IMG/VR virus record: IMGVR_UViG_3300033069_001465
Direction: 5' to 3' (one strand)
From: a virus
Taxonomy: Duplodnaviria; Caudoviricetes
DNA length: 64,000 nt
Positions 10,143 to 18,952 of this stretch are shown piece after piece. Positions within the stretch are counted from its first letter, which is position 1; each line of letters starts with the position of its first letter. Under the pieces are notes generated by a model. It searched no databases. It was not told the DNA's origin and saw only the letters and a program-made list of their open reading frames with translations. The position numbers and the translations under genes were made by a program.

Positions 10143-10934
10143 ATGGCTAAAAATAAGAAGCACGAAAATGATAAGTTTTATACCAAATCACATATAGCTA
10201 AATCTTTAGTTGACAATTTAGATATATCTAAGTATGATTTAATTATAGAACCATCTGCAGGAAACGGATCCTTTTTTAATATTATTGAATCTGATAAAAA
10301 AATAGGAATGGATATATTTCCAGAGTGTGATAATATTATAAAAATGGATTGGTTTGAATATAAACCTGATACTAAATTTAAAAAAATATTAATAATTGGC
10401 AATCCACCTTTTGGAAATCAGGGATCTTTGGCTCTAAAATTTATTAAAAAGTGTGATGAAATAGAAGCTGATACAATAGCATTTATCTTACCTAAATCAT
10501 TTAAAAAGGATACTTACAAGCGAAAAATACCTAGTAACTATAATTTAATTAGTGAAATTGATTTACATGATGATTCGTTTACTTTAGAGAATAAAAACTA
10601 TAATGTGCCATGTGTCTTCCAAGTATGGGAAAGAACAAGCATTAAAAGAGTTGATGAAATTCTAAGGACAACATCACCCTATATTAGATTTGTAAAAAAA
10701 TCGGAATCTCCTGATTACGCATTTAGAAGGGTTGGATTTTATGCTGGAAAAATATATATAGATTATTTAAATAAGTCTGAACAATCTCATTATTTTATTA
10801 AATCTGACAGTCATGTTAAAAATATAATCGAGAATATATTATGGAAACATAATAATACATCAGGACCAAGAAGCATTGGTAAATCAGAACTCATTAAGGC
10901 AGTAGAGTCGATTATTTCTGCCTCTGCCAAATAA
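10143..10934 (+). CDS. N6-adenine DNA methyltransferase
   Basis: Motif I IIEPSAGNGSF, then motif IV GNPPFG. Confidence 0.85.
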   Translation: MAKNKKHENDKFYTKSHIAKSLVDNLDISKYDLIIEPSAGNGSFFNIIESDKKIGMDIFPECDNIIKMDWFEYKPDTKFKKILIIGNPPFGNQGSLALKFIKKCDEIEADTIAFILPKSFKKDTYKRKIPSNYNLISEIDLHDDSFTLENKNYNVPCVFQVWERTSIKRVDEILRTTSPYIRFVKKSESPDYAFRRVGFYAGKIYIDYLNKSEQSHYFIKSDSHVKNIIENILWKHNNTSGPRSIGKSELIKAVESIISASAK

Positions 10935-11454
10935 TTGTATTTTCCTTTAATACAGTTTCTATAAAATTAGTTCTTGATATCCCACATTGAATTCTTTTTT
11001 GCTTTTTATGGTCTCTTTTAAATCTAAGTGAGATGATAGAATCTCCATATAACTGTCCCCATTTATGACGAAAATCTCTCCATTTATTATCGTCACAATG
11101 ATCGTTCGATATATTTTTCATTTCAGAAAGCATTGATGATACTATAGTTTTATCACCGAAGTATGAAGTCCATTTTTCAGCAGATATTAATACTTTATAC
11201 TCCTCAACTATATTAGATGTTGATCCTTTCCAAAACCCAATATATAATACAAAATCATTATTTACCTCTGATTGTCTTTTAAAATCACCAAAATCAATAC
11301 TACCTTTAATACCAATACACTTAATAGATGTTGGTTTGTCCGTAGATGGATCATATGCATCCCATTTTCCGGTATAATTAGTATCTTCCATTAGTGATTC
11401 AGATTCTATTATTGAAACTTGATAGTTAAATCCATGTTTTTGTCTTTCTGCCAT
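10912..11454 (-). CDS. Putative PD-(D/E)xK-like (restriction-type) endonuclease
   Basis: RQKHGFNYQ...KWDAYD...SIK pattern; convergent overlap with MTase; TACTTTTG upstream at 11471-11478. Confidence 0.45.
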   Translation of the reverse strand: MAERQKHGFNYQVSIIESESLMEDTNYTGKWDAYDPSTDKPTSIKCIGIKGSIDFGDFKRQSEVNNDFVLYIGFWKGSTSNIVEEYKVLISAEKWTSYFGDKTIVSSMLSEMKNISNDHCDDNKWRDFRHKWGQLYGDSIISLRFKRDHKKQKRIQCGISRTNFIETVLKENTIIWQRQK

Positions 11455-11504
11455 AATTTTGATTTATCTACAAAAGTAATAAAAGTTCACGAATTCATCA
11501 AATT

Positions 11505-11531
11505 AAAAAACCGATTGATAATCAATCGGTT
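11505..11531 (-). terminator. Intrinsic terminator
   Basis: AACCGATTGA-TAA-TCAATCGGTT hairpin plus T-run on minus strand. Confidence 0.75.
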
Positions 11532-11537
11532 ATAATT

Positions 11538-11855
11538 CTATTCATCCTTTCCATCATCTGGTTCTACGTAGTACTCTAACCAAGATTCTCTCTCATCGTT
11601 ATATACTTGATCAGCTTCGTCACGATCCTCAATTTCATCTTCTTCCATTATCTCATCCACGGTTCTTAATCCGTGTAATCCTTCATAACTTTCATATTCC
11701 TCAATCGCAGCATAATAAGCTTCTTTTTCGGCCTGATCCTTTGGTCCTGTAAATGTTCTAATGTATTTGGCATTTCCAAATCCACCACCTAAACCCGCAT
11801 ATATTTTCCATTTTCTAATCTCAGAAAATTCTTCGAATAATTTAATTTTTTTCAT
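11538..11855 (-). CDS. Leader-bearing acidic hypothetical protein
   Basis: MKKIKLFEEF. Confidence 0.75.
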   Translation of the reverse strand: MKKIKLFEEFSEIRKWKIYAGLGGGFGNAKYIRTFTGPKDQAEKEAYYAAIEEYESYEGLHGLRTVDEIMEEDEIEDRDEADQVYNDERESWLEYYVEPDDGKDE

Positions 11856-11863
11856 AAAATAAT

Positions 11864-12556
11864 TTAATTTTTATACTTCCATATAAATCCATAAGCTTGC
11901 TTATATACTCCATTACAAACTTGTTTAATTGTCTTTCTGTCGAAATTTAGTTCCCTCTTAATTCTTGATACAGAGTCCCACTCTTTTATGAAGTTACCAT
12001 TCATATCAAATTGATATAATGGCCTTTTAATTTTGTTTTTTATAGTACTTAGTTTTTCTATAATTTCTATATTAGAAAATGATTTTTTAACAGCATTTGA
12101 CATTTTTTCCTTAGATTCATTCGTATGTTTTTTATCATAAAATGGATTTTTGTCACCAGTAAACATATCTCTTAGTTTTTTCTTAGTCTCCTCTTTTAAA
12201 CATTTACCAATTCTACTTTTTGATATTTTTTCCTTTACAGAATCTAATAAAGCTGGATTAGAATCTCCACCTGCTGTTATATTAGTAATATTACCAATTT
12301 CCCTATATTTTTTAATATACTCAACCTCTAATAAGAGAGACTCTTCATATGTTAGATTATCAACCAAGATTTCTATTATTGGCTTACAATTATCATTTGT
12401 TAGTTTATTTATCCAATTTGCTTTATGTGTATTTTGACTTTTGGAAGAATTGATATGTTGAGTAAGTCTATACCTCAAAGGTTTACATGTTATACCAATA
12501 TATCTTATTTCTAAGGTATATGGACATCTTAGACAATAAAGCTTGTTATTTCTCAT
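11864..12556 (-). CDS. GIY-YIG homing endonuclease with NUMOD3/NUMOD1-like DNA-binding repeats
   Basis: LYCL...RYIGIT...R..QH; NPFYDKKHTNESKEKMS; YQFDMNGNFIKEWDS. Confidence 0.85.
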   Translation of the reverse strand: MRNNKLYCLRCPYTLEIRYIGITCKPLRYRLTQHINSSKSQNTHKANWINKLTNDNCKPIIEILVDNLTYEESLLLEVEYIKKYREIGNITNITAGGDSNPALLDSVKEKISKSRIGKCLKEETKKKLRDMFTGDKNPFYDKKHTNESKEKMSNAVKKSFSNIEIIEKLSTIKNKIKRPLYQFDMNGNFIKEWDSVSRIKRELNFDRKTIKQVCNGVYKQAYGFIWKYKN

Positions 12557-12570
12557 TATTTTAGTTTATT

Positions 12571-13128
12571 TTATTTAGCTATTATTTCCATCCATTTTGC
12601 ATCCTCACCATATAGCTTACCTTCTCTTATCTTTACATCTTCAATTTCAAAAAAATTAGAAATGATCTCTTTCCATTCACTTGGAGTTAATATTATCTTA
12701 TTTGTTTTAATATTATCATTTTGAATTTTAACACTCATCAATAATTTTTTACCTATTCTTCTAATCTCCCTAAAGATTTCATTTAATTCCTCTTTTGTAA
12801 AATAGTGTAATCCTAATCTTGAATATACTAAATCAAATTCATTATCACTAAAAGGAAATTTCTTTTTAGTATCATGTTTAATACAATTTAAACCTTTGTC
12901 TATAGCATTTTTTATATACCCATCATCCAAATCAGTGCATGTTACCTTATATCCTTTTTTTTGTAGATATAATGAGTCTTCCGCATTTCCGCAAGCAATT
13001 TCTAATATAGATGATCCCGGATAAGATATGTTATCAATTACATTCATAAGTCCCTCATCTACATTATTATGAATATTTAGTAGAGAGGATATTGCCTCAA
13101 ATGTTTTATAGTTTTTAATATATCTCAT
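12571..13128 (-). CDS. Class I SAM-dependent methyltransferase, leader-bearing
   Basis: ILEIACGNAED, FPFSDNEFDLVYS; MRYIKNYKTFE. Confidence 0.8.
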   Translation of the reverse strand: MRYIKNYKTFEAISSLLNIHNNVDEGLMNVIDNISYPGSSILEIACGNAEDSLYLQKKGYKVTCTDLDDGYIKNAIDKGLNCIKHDTKKKFPFSDNEFDLVYSRLGLHYFTKEELNEIFREIRRIGKKLLMSVKIQNDNIKTNKIILTPSEWKEIISNFFEIEDVKIREGKLYGEDAKWMEIIAK

Positions 13129-13349
13129 CTTAATCTTATTTTATTAAAAAATCTTTTTACAGAAAGTATCTCATATTTAGGAAATGGATACACCTTACCG
13201 AATGTGTTTATCCACTTTTCTTCAAAATTCATTATAGCATCATCTTCTGTTCTACCTTTAACTACAAGATTATAAATATTATCTTCTATTTTATATTCAA
13301 TAATATATTTACTTTTAAAAATATTAAGAAATAAATCTATAATCTTCAT
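13125..13349 (-). CDS. Small hypothetical protein
   Basis: 74 aa; TAATATATA at 13354-13362. Confidence 0.6.
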   Translation of the reverse strand: MKIIDLFLNIFKSKYIIEYKIEDNIYNLVVKGRTEDDAIMNFEEKWINTFGKVYPFPKYEILSVKRFFNKIRLR

Positions 13350-13359
13350 AAACTATATA

Positions 13360-14691
13360 TTAATTTAAAAATTCAATTCTAACTATTGATTTAGACAGTA
13401 TATCTCCAAATAAATCTTGATCCATTATCTTAATAAGTATATTACAATTAATGTGTCTAGCGAATTTTCTAAAAAGATAGTCCATCGTATCAATTGTATA
13501 TCCTCTTATATCCAAGTTACCTTTGGCTCTCCATTTTGGTTGTAATATTTCTATTTTTAAATACGTAACATTTTCTTTTGATGTATTAATTGTTGGTGAT
13601 TCTATCTTTTTTTGATGACTATCAAATTTGTTGATTTTCACACTATTAATATAGAGATAGTCTAAATATATATTAGATCGACCTCTCCATTGACGATGTA
13701 ATTCATCTTGTTCCGATTCTACTATATTAATATCTCCGTCATCTAAAAATTCAATAAAATAGTCCTCTACCTCATCAGGTGACATTGCGCTCTCACGTAT
13801 TCTTAAATCTACCACTCCTTCATCTTCAAGTAATTCTATTAATCCATCAAATTGATCACACTTATAGTATAATTTTGTATTTTTTGTAATATTCTCTCTT
13901 TCAACTAAAAACCATTCATCATTTAATTTAAATATTCTGAAAAATATCATGTAAAACCCTACAATATCACTACCTATTTTAGTCCTAATTTCTATCTTAT
14001 AAGATGAATGAATTATTAATTTAGACCAATCCTTTTTAAGGACTTTTTCTATTTGATCTATTTCTGACCCAAAACGTTCTAAAGCATTTACATCCTTGAC
14101 CATGGATCCGAATTCATTATTATCTATTTGATGATATAATGTATTAAAAGATGCGTTCTCATTTAATGATTCTAATTTTTCTTTTATCCTTTTAACACTG
14201 TCATAAAACTTATTTACTGTATAAGACATTCCATGTTCGGTTGGCGTCAAATCTCTATTAATTGTATCAAGATGTATTCCATTTGGAGCTACTTTAGGAA
14301 TAGTTTTATCATTTCTAATGTCACCTATATTTGAATCCAATGATTGAGCAATGCTTTTGAGTATACCTATTTCATAATACTTATTTATATCACTTTGATG
14401 ACCTTTATTAAACCAATAATCTGAACCTATTCCAAAAAATGGATACCACTTTCCTGCCGCAACATCTTTTTTACCAGCATGACCAGATGATAAATAAAAT
14501 GGAATTCTTATTCCATTTATATCAAATAAAACAATTTTTCTATCTGCATAATCAATGATTTTAGATTTACCCTTGATTCTATTTTTGGTATAGTGACCAT
14601 TTGAATCTTTTTCATAAGTTTCATATGGTATTTCTACCCTAATAGCATTAATCTTAGATTCAAATAAACTAAACTCTCTTATGTGTTTCAT
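13360..14691 (-). CDS. Leader-bearing mosaic protein (unique domain + KCDQ + EDYFIE modules)
   Basis: Start reassigned to MKHIREFSLFES (ATGA overlap); DEWFLV...YYKCDQFDGL; EVEDYFIEFLD. Confidence 0.75.
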   Translation of the reverse strand: MKHIREFSLFESKINAIRVEIPYETYEKDSNGHYTKNRIKGKSKIIDYADRKIVLFDINGIRIPFYLSSGHAGKKDVAAGKWYPFFGIGSDYWFNKGHQSDINKYYEIGILKSIAQSLDSNIGDIRNDKTIPKVAPNGIHLDTINRDLTPTEHGMSYTVNKFYDSVKRIKEKLESLNENASFNTLYHQIDNNEFGSMVKDVNALERFGSEIDQIEKVLKKDWSKLIIHSSYKIEIRTKIGSDIVGFYMIFFRIFKLNDEWFLVERENITKNTKLYYKCDQFDGLIELLEDEGVVDLRIRESAMSPDEVEDYFIEFLDDGDINIVESEQDELHRQWRGRSNIYLDYLYINSVKINKFDSHQKKIESPTINTSKENVTYLKIEILQPKWRAKGNLDIRGYTIDTMDYLFRKFARHINCNILIKIMDQDLFGDILSKSIVRIEFLN

Positions 14692-15137
14692 TTGTTTGGC
14701 ACCCATGGTAGTAAACCTTCTACTAATTTTTTTAATAGATTTATTAACCCATCTATTTGGTCACACTTGTAGTATTCAAATGTATAATCATCTATTTTAT
14801 AAAATGTGGATCTTAACTCTTCATCGGTTGGTGATTTTGTAACCATTACTAAAAACCATTCATCATCAAACTTATTAATAGATATTTGAACCCCAAGATA
14901 TTTTAGAAATATAACATCACTTTTAAAGATATTTCTAATTGATTCGGGAACAATATTTTGCACCTCTTTTATCTCTTTATCTTTAAAAAAGACACTTTTA
15001 GATCTTGAAAATACATCTTGATCATCTGAATCATCTGAATCATCTAAATCAAACATATCATTATATTCATCTACACTTATTTTTTGATATAGATCATTAA
15101 TACTTTCAAATGTTTTATATTTTTTAATGTAATTCAT
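14688..15137 (-). CDS. Leader-bearing KCDQ-family protein
   Basis: MNYIKKYKTFES; DEWFLV...YYKCDQIDGL. Confidence 0.75.
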   Translation of the reverse strand: MNYIKKYKTFESINDLYQKISVDEYNDMFDLDDSDDSDDQDVFSRSKSVFFKDKEIKEVQNIVPESIRNIFKSDVIFLKYLGVQISINKFDDEWFLVMVTKSPTDEELRSTFYKIDDYTFEYYKCDQIDGLINLLKKLVEGLLPWVPNK

Positions 15138-15409
15138 TTTAATTTAATAATTTTAACAACTAGATCTTGACTACCTTTTATCACTCTATGCCAACGTTTC
15201 TTCTCAACAAATAATTTAGTTCCATTCATATCAATAGGCAACTCATTATCAAATTGGAATTTCCAATCAGTAGTTCCTATAACTTCTACTATTCTATCCT
15301 CATCATCCCAATGCCACTGTAATAATTTATCATCAGTATTCTTATTAAATGTTCTTATGTAGGCATTATCTACAATTTCTTCTTTAAAGGGGTATGGTCG
15401 TATCATCAA
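15134..15409 (-). CDS. Small cupin-like protein
   Basis: WHWDDEDR...WHRVIKG cupin-like His/Glu pattern. Confidence 0.55.
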   Translation of the reverse strand: MMIRPYPFKEEIVDNAYIRTFNKNTDDKLLQWHWDDEDRIVEVIGTTDWKFQFDNELPIDMNGTKLFVEKKRWHRVIKGSQDLVVKIIKLK

Positions 15410-16367
15410 ATTCTATTTCATCCTTATTCATTTTACAATCATCACATATTCTATCATCTGTATAAATGGATTCACCACATATATCACATTCACCTTTACT
15501 CATATTTTCAAATTTTGAAATATAAATATTTTCCTTTATTGGAAGCTTATAAACAAGTAATTTAACACTGGTTTTATTAATATCATCAACTTCTATATCC
15601 AGACCAATTCCATTGAGTCTTTTTCTAAGTTGACTTATATTACTAAAAAAACGACTAATAGTTTCAAGCTCCTTATCTAATCCATTTTTAAATCCAATAT
15701 TGACAATAAAATTTGATATCTTATCATCACTTTTTATTTGATCTATTTTAATAATAAATTTTCCACTATCAATGAGATCTAACAAATAATCTTCTATTTC
15801 TAATTCAATTTCAGATTCTATATGCATTTTATCAGTTTTAACTAAAGTAACCTGTTTTGGTGTCCTATAATATTCTTTACCCTTTACATCAATAAGTTTT
15901 AAAACTTTCATTATTTTACCCTTGTCTAAGTTAAAATTATATTTGGAAATCAAATCTGTTTTTATTTGAACTATTTTAGCATTTATGTTTAAATCTGATA
16001 TATACACCATAGATCCATTAAAAAATCCATGTTGCTTTAAACTTCTATCCATTATTGTAGTATCTATATTATAGAGTTTTTCATTTTTCCACGGTTGATA
16101 TCGAGAAACAGAAACACGTCCACTATCACTAACCGTTAGATGACCTTCCTTTTCATATGGCTCTTGATCTAATACACTTATATTACCTGATTCAAAGTTT
16201 GATTCACCACGGTCGGTGTAATGACTATATCGTTCTAAATCAGAGCTTGAATATAACAAGTCCATTTTAAAATCACAAATCCAATCTAATTTAACCGGAT
16301 TCGTAATTTTCTTTTTCTTTTTCTTTTTAAGAAAATCAAAAATATGATACTCTTTAATATATTTCAT
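15384..16367 (-). CDS. Leader-bearing mosaic protein with C-terminal zinc ribbon
   Basis: MKYIKEY; IEDYLLDLID; ISKFEN then CDIC...CDDC. Confidence 0.7.
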   Translation of the reverse strand: MKYIKEYHIFDFLKKKKKKKITNPVKLDWICDFKMDLLYSSSDLERYSHYTDRGESNFESGNISVLDQEPYEKEGHLTVSDSGRVSVSRYQPWKNEKLYNIDTTIMDRSLKQHGFFNGSMVYISDLNINAKIVQIKTDLISKYNFNLDKGKIMKVLKLIDVKGKEYYRTPKQVTLVKTDKMHIESEIELEIEDYLLDLIDSGKFIIKIDQIKSDDKISNFIVNIGFKNGLDKELETISRFFSNISQLRKRLNGIGLDIEVDDINKTSVKLLVYKLPIKENIYISKFENMSKGECDICGESIYTDDRICDDCKMNKDEIEFDDTTIPL

Positions 16368-17113
16368 CCTGAAAATTTATTGCTTTTTTTAATATTTTCG
16401 CTCCACTTCAATGGTTGAAAGTTTGTATATTTATTTAATTCATATACTTCTTTCTCATTTTTAGCCCATGATACCGGAACAATATGATCTAGTTGCCAAT
16501 ATGTGGCATAGTTATCCCAATTCATCTCAGTTGTAAATTTGGATTCAATGTGAATTTTGAACTCTTCAAAAGTGCATCCTAGTATCTCAATTGTTTTTTT
16601 AGCCTTTTTTGTATATCTAAGTTTAAATGATTGAGATATTAAAGTCCTGATTGAATATTTTAGTTTTATTAAAGGATCCTTTTTAATATTTCTTAAATAT
16701 TCATTTATCTTATTTTTATTATTTTTTTGATAATTTTTCCAATATTCCTTTCTTTCTTCGATATTATTTAAATAATATTCTCTTTGGTATTCAATCTTTT
16801 TTTCTTTGTTATCCAAATAATAGTTTTTAGATTGCTCTAAAATTTTATCACTATTTTCATAATAATATTCTAAATTGGATATCTTAAGAACTTCTTTATT
16901 TTTTATCCAATATTCCCTATTATAATTTTTTCTTTTTTCTTTATTTTTTAAAAAATATTTTTGTATTTTTTCTTTATTGTTTTTTCTATATTCAGAAGCT
17001 ATTTTATTTTCACACTCCTTACAGGAATTTCTATGAAAATCTTTTTTTGACTTATCATTAAAGAAATAAGTTATATTCTTCTCTATGTTGCACTTTTTAC
17101 AAACTTTTGTCAT
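16364..17113 (-). CDS. HNH-type homing endonuclease-like protein
   Basis: N-terminal CKKC..CKEC, Lys/Tyr-rich helix, WQLDHIVP...NFQPL...N. Confidence 0.75.
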   Translation of the reverse strand: MTKVCKKCNIEKNITYFFNDKSKKDFHRNSCKECENKIASEYRKNNKEKIQKYFLKNKEKRKNYNREYWIKNKEVLKISNLEYYYENSDKILEQSKNYYLDNKEKKIEYQREYYLNNIEERKEYWKNYQKNNKNKINEYLRNIKKDPLIKLKYSIRTLISQSFKLRYTKKAKKTIEILGCTFEEFKIHIESKFTTEMNWDNYATYWQLDHIVPVSWAKNEKEVYELNKYTNFQPLKWSENIKKSNKFSG

Positions 17114-17127
17114 ATGATATATTTAAT

Positions 17128-18477
17128 TTATCTAGATCGAACAAGGTATTTCTTCACCAAAAGTTTCCAAACCGATTCCTCTCTATCACCAATTTTAATA
17201 GTTTCCTCATTATTTGCTCTTAAATTAATAGAGTGAATTAATGTTCTAATATTCATATCAAATTTAGTTGGATAGTTATTCGTAACAAATGTTAGATATT
17301 CTAAAGCTTCTTGCTTTTTTTCCATTGTAACATCTGGGGATAATTTTCTCATAATCTCACTCATTCTAGCAAATAATTCCTTTTTACTTAAATGAACATC
17401 AACATGTAATGCCCTTGAAAGTAAAGCATCGTCAAATTTAGATTCAGGTAAATTTGAGATAAATATTATTTGACCAGTAAATTCAAATTTATTCGGAAGT
17501 TTACCACTAGCATCATATGTTTCTTGAATTTCCTTCTCATCCATTCCAGCTGAATCAAATTTATTCCCCTTTGTTAAACTAGATATTTCTCTAATTTTAT
17601 ATGTATCTAATGCACCTTTAAGTATATTTATGGATTCAGAATCTTTAAAAACTGCATCACAATCATCGAAAACTATTAACCTATGCCTATTCTTAAATAA
17701 TAACTCATATAACCCAGCAGTTGTTGCTGTGCCTGTTGCAAAGTAATAATGTATATCAGCTTGCATCCCAAGCGACTCCAAGGTATCCTTGACTGTTCTA
17801 GTTTTACCAACTCCCGCATCACCAGATATAACTAATGAATTTGATTTTCCTCTTGCTACTTGAATTGTATATAGCTCAATAGATTTGAATATATCAATTT
17901 TTAAATCGTCATCTAATTGATTAACCTTTTCACTATCTGTTTCTGCTTTTTCATCATAAGCAATTGCTGCTCTCAATTGTTCTATTTTTCTTTCTTGGGA
18001 AGCTATTGATTTAGGACTTCTTAGTTTACCCAATCTTTTAACTGCTGCTTCTAATTCTTGTCTTGGGTCGTATCCACCTTCTTCTATATCTAACTCCTCC
18101 TTAACTAAAATTGCTGGATCTTTTACAAAGTTTAATATTTGTGGTAATACTTTAGTAATTGATTTTTGTCCTAATTCTAAAGTATATTCGGGATTCTCAT
18201 CAAATTTAAAACTTGTCCATATATCTATACTATGAATTTCTGATCTAATGTCATCTTCTATCCAGTTGAATCTGATAGCTTTAGATGATCTTAATGAAAC
18301 AAATAACTGTCCACTTAGGAACAAGTCTTTCTTTTGTATATGCCATATTTCCTCATATTCATATAAATCTACATTAGAGTTTTTAGTAATGTATGATACA
18401 ATGGTATCTATAGCCTTTTTCTTATCTTCTTGTAAAAAAGCTTCGTTGAATATTTCAAATTTGTTTATATGTTTCAT
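17128..18477 (-). CDS. AAA-family ATPase, leader-bearing
   Basis: Walker A GDAGVGKT, Walker B LIVFDDCD, IFISN, LLSR; MKHINKFE. Confidence 0.85.
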   Translation of the reverse strand: MKHINKFEIFNEAFLQEDKKKAIDTIVSYITKNSNVDLYEYEEIWHIQKKDLFLSGQLFVSLRSSKAIRFNWIEDDIRSEIHSIDIWTSFKFDENPEYTLELGQKSITKVLPQILNFVKDPAILVKEELDIEEGGYDPRQELEAAVKRLGKLRSPKSIASQERKIEQLRAAIAYDEKAETDSEKVNQLDDDLKIDIFKSIELYTIQVARGKSNSLVISGDAGVGKTRTVKDTLESLGMQADIHYYFATGTATTAGLYELLFKNRHRLIVFDDCDAVFKDSESINILKGALDTYKIREISSLTKGNKFDSAGMDEKEIQETYDASGKLPNKFEFTGQIIFISNLPESKFDDALLSRALHVDVHLSKKELFARMSEIMRKLSPDVTMEKKQEALEYLTFVTNNYPTKFDMNIRTLIHSINLRANNEETIKIGDREESVWKLLVKKYLVRSR

Positions 18478-18480
18478 AAT

Positions 18481-18873
18481 CTATCTTTTTTTAAAATGAA
18501 TTTTAGCATCTTTTCTAACATAATCATAATTGGTATCTTTTTTAATATTTTTACATTTAGTCCACAATTTTTTACCAACATAATTACTACATCTTATTGG
18601 AACATCGTCTACCCATACCTTATATCTTTTACCAAAGCATTCCTCCTTATTAGAATAATGATGACCGGTATTTGGATTTCTCGGATAAATCAATCCAATT
18701 TTAATACTATATCCATCAATATCCATCCTAATAAATGGATCCCCATTCACATCAAAATGCTCTTGACTAACATCAGATGTTAAACTATCTATAATACCAT
18801 ATACTGTTTCCTCATCTTTATTAAACAACTTTCTAACACCAAATAATTCGTTGATATGTTTAATATGTTTCAT
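18481..18873 (-). CDS. Leader-bearing hypothetical protein
   Basis: MKHIKHINEL; TAATATATA at 18880-18888. Confidence 0.75.
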   Translation of the reverse strand: MKHIKHINELFGVRKLFNKDEETVYGIIDSLTSDVSQEHFDVNGDPFIRMDIDGYSIKIGLIYPRNPNTGHHYSNKEECFGKRYKVWVDDVPIRCSNYVGKKLWTKCKNIKKDTNYDYVRKDAKIHFKKR

Positions 18874-18920
18874 AATTCATATATATTAAAATATAAATCT
18901 CAAAGTAAAGTAACCAAACT

Positions 18921-18929
18921 TAATATATA
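18921..18929 (+). promoter_or_regulatory. TAATATATA putative phage late-promoter motif (representative copy)
   Basis: Same 9-mer precedes more than 12 transcription-unit starts on both strands. Confidence 0.6.
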
Positions 18930-18952
18930 AGTTAAAATATTTAATAATATTA

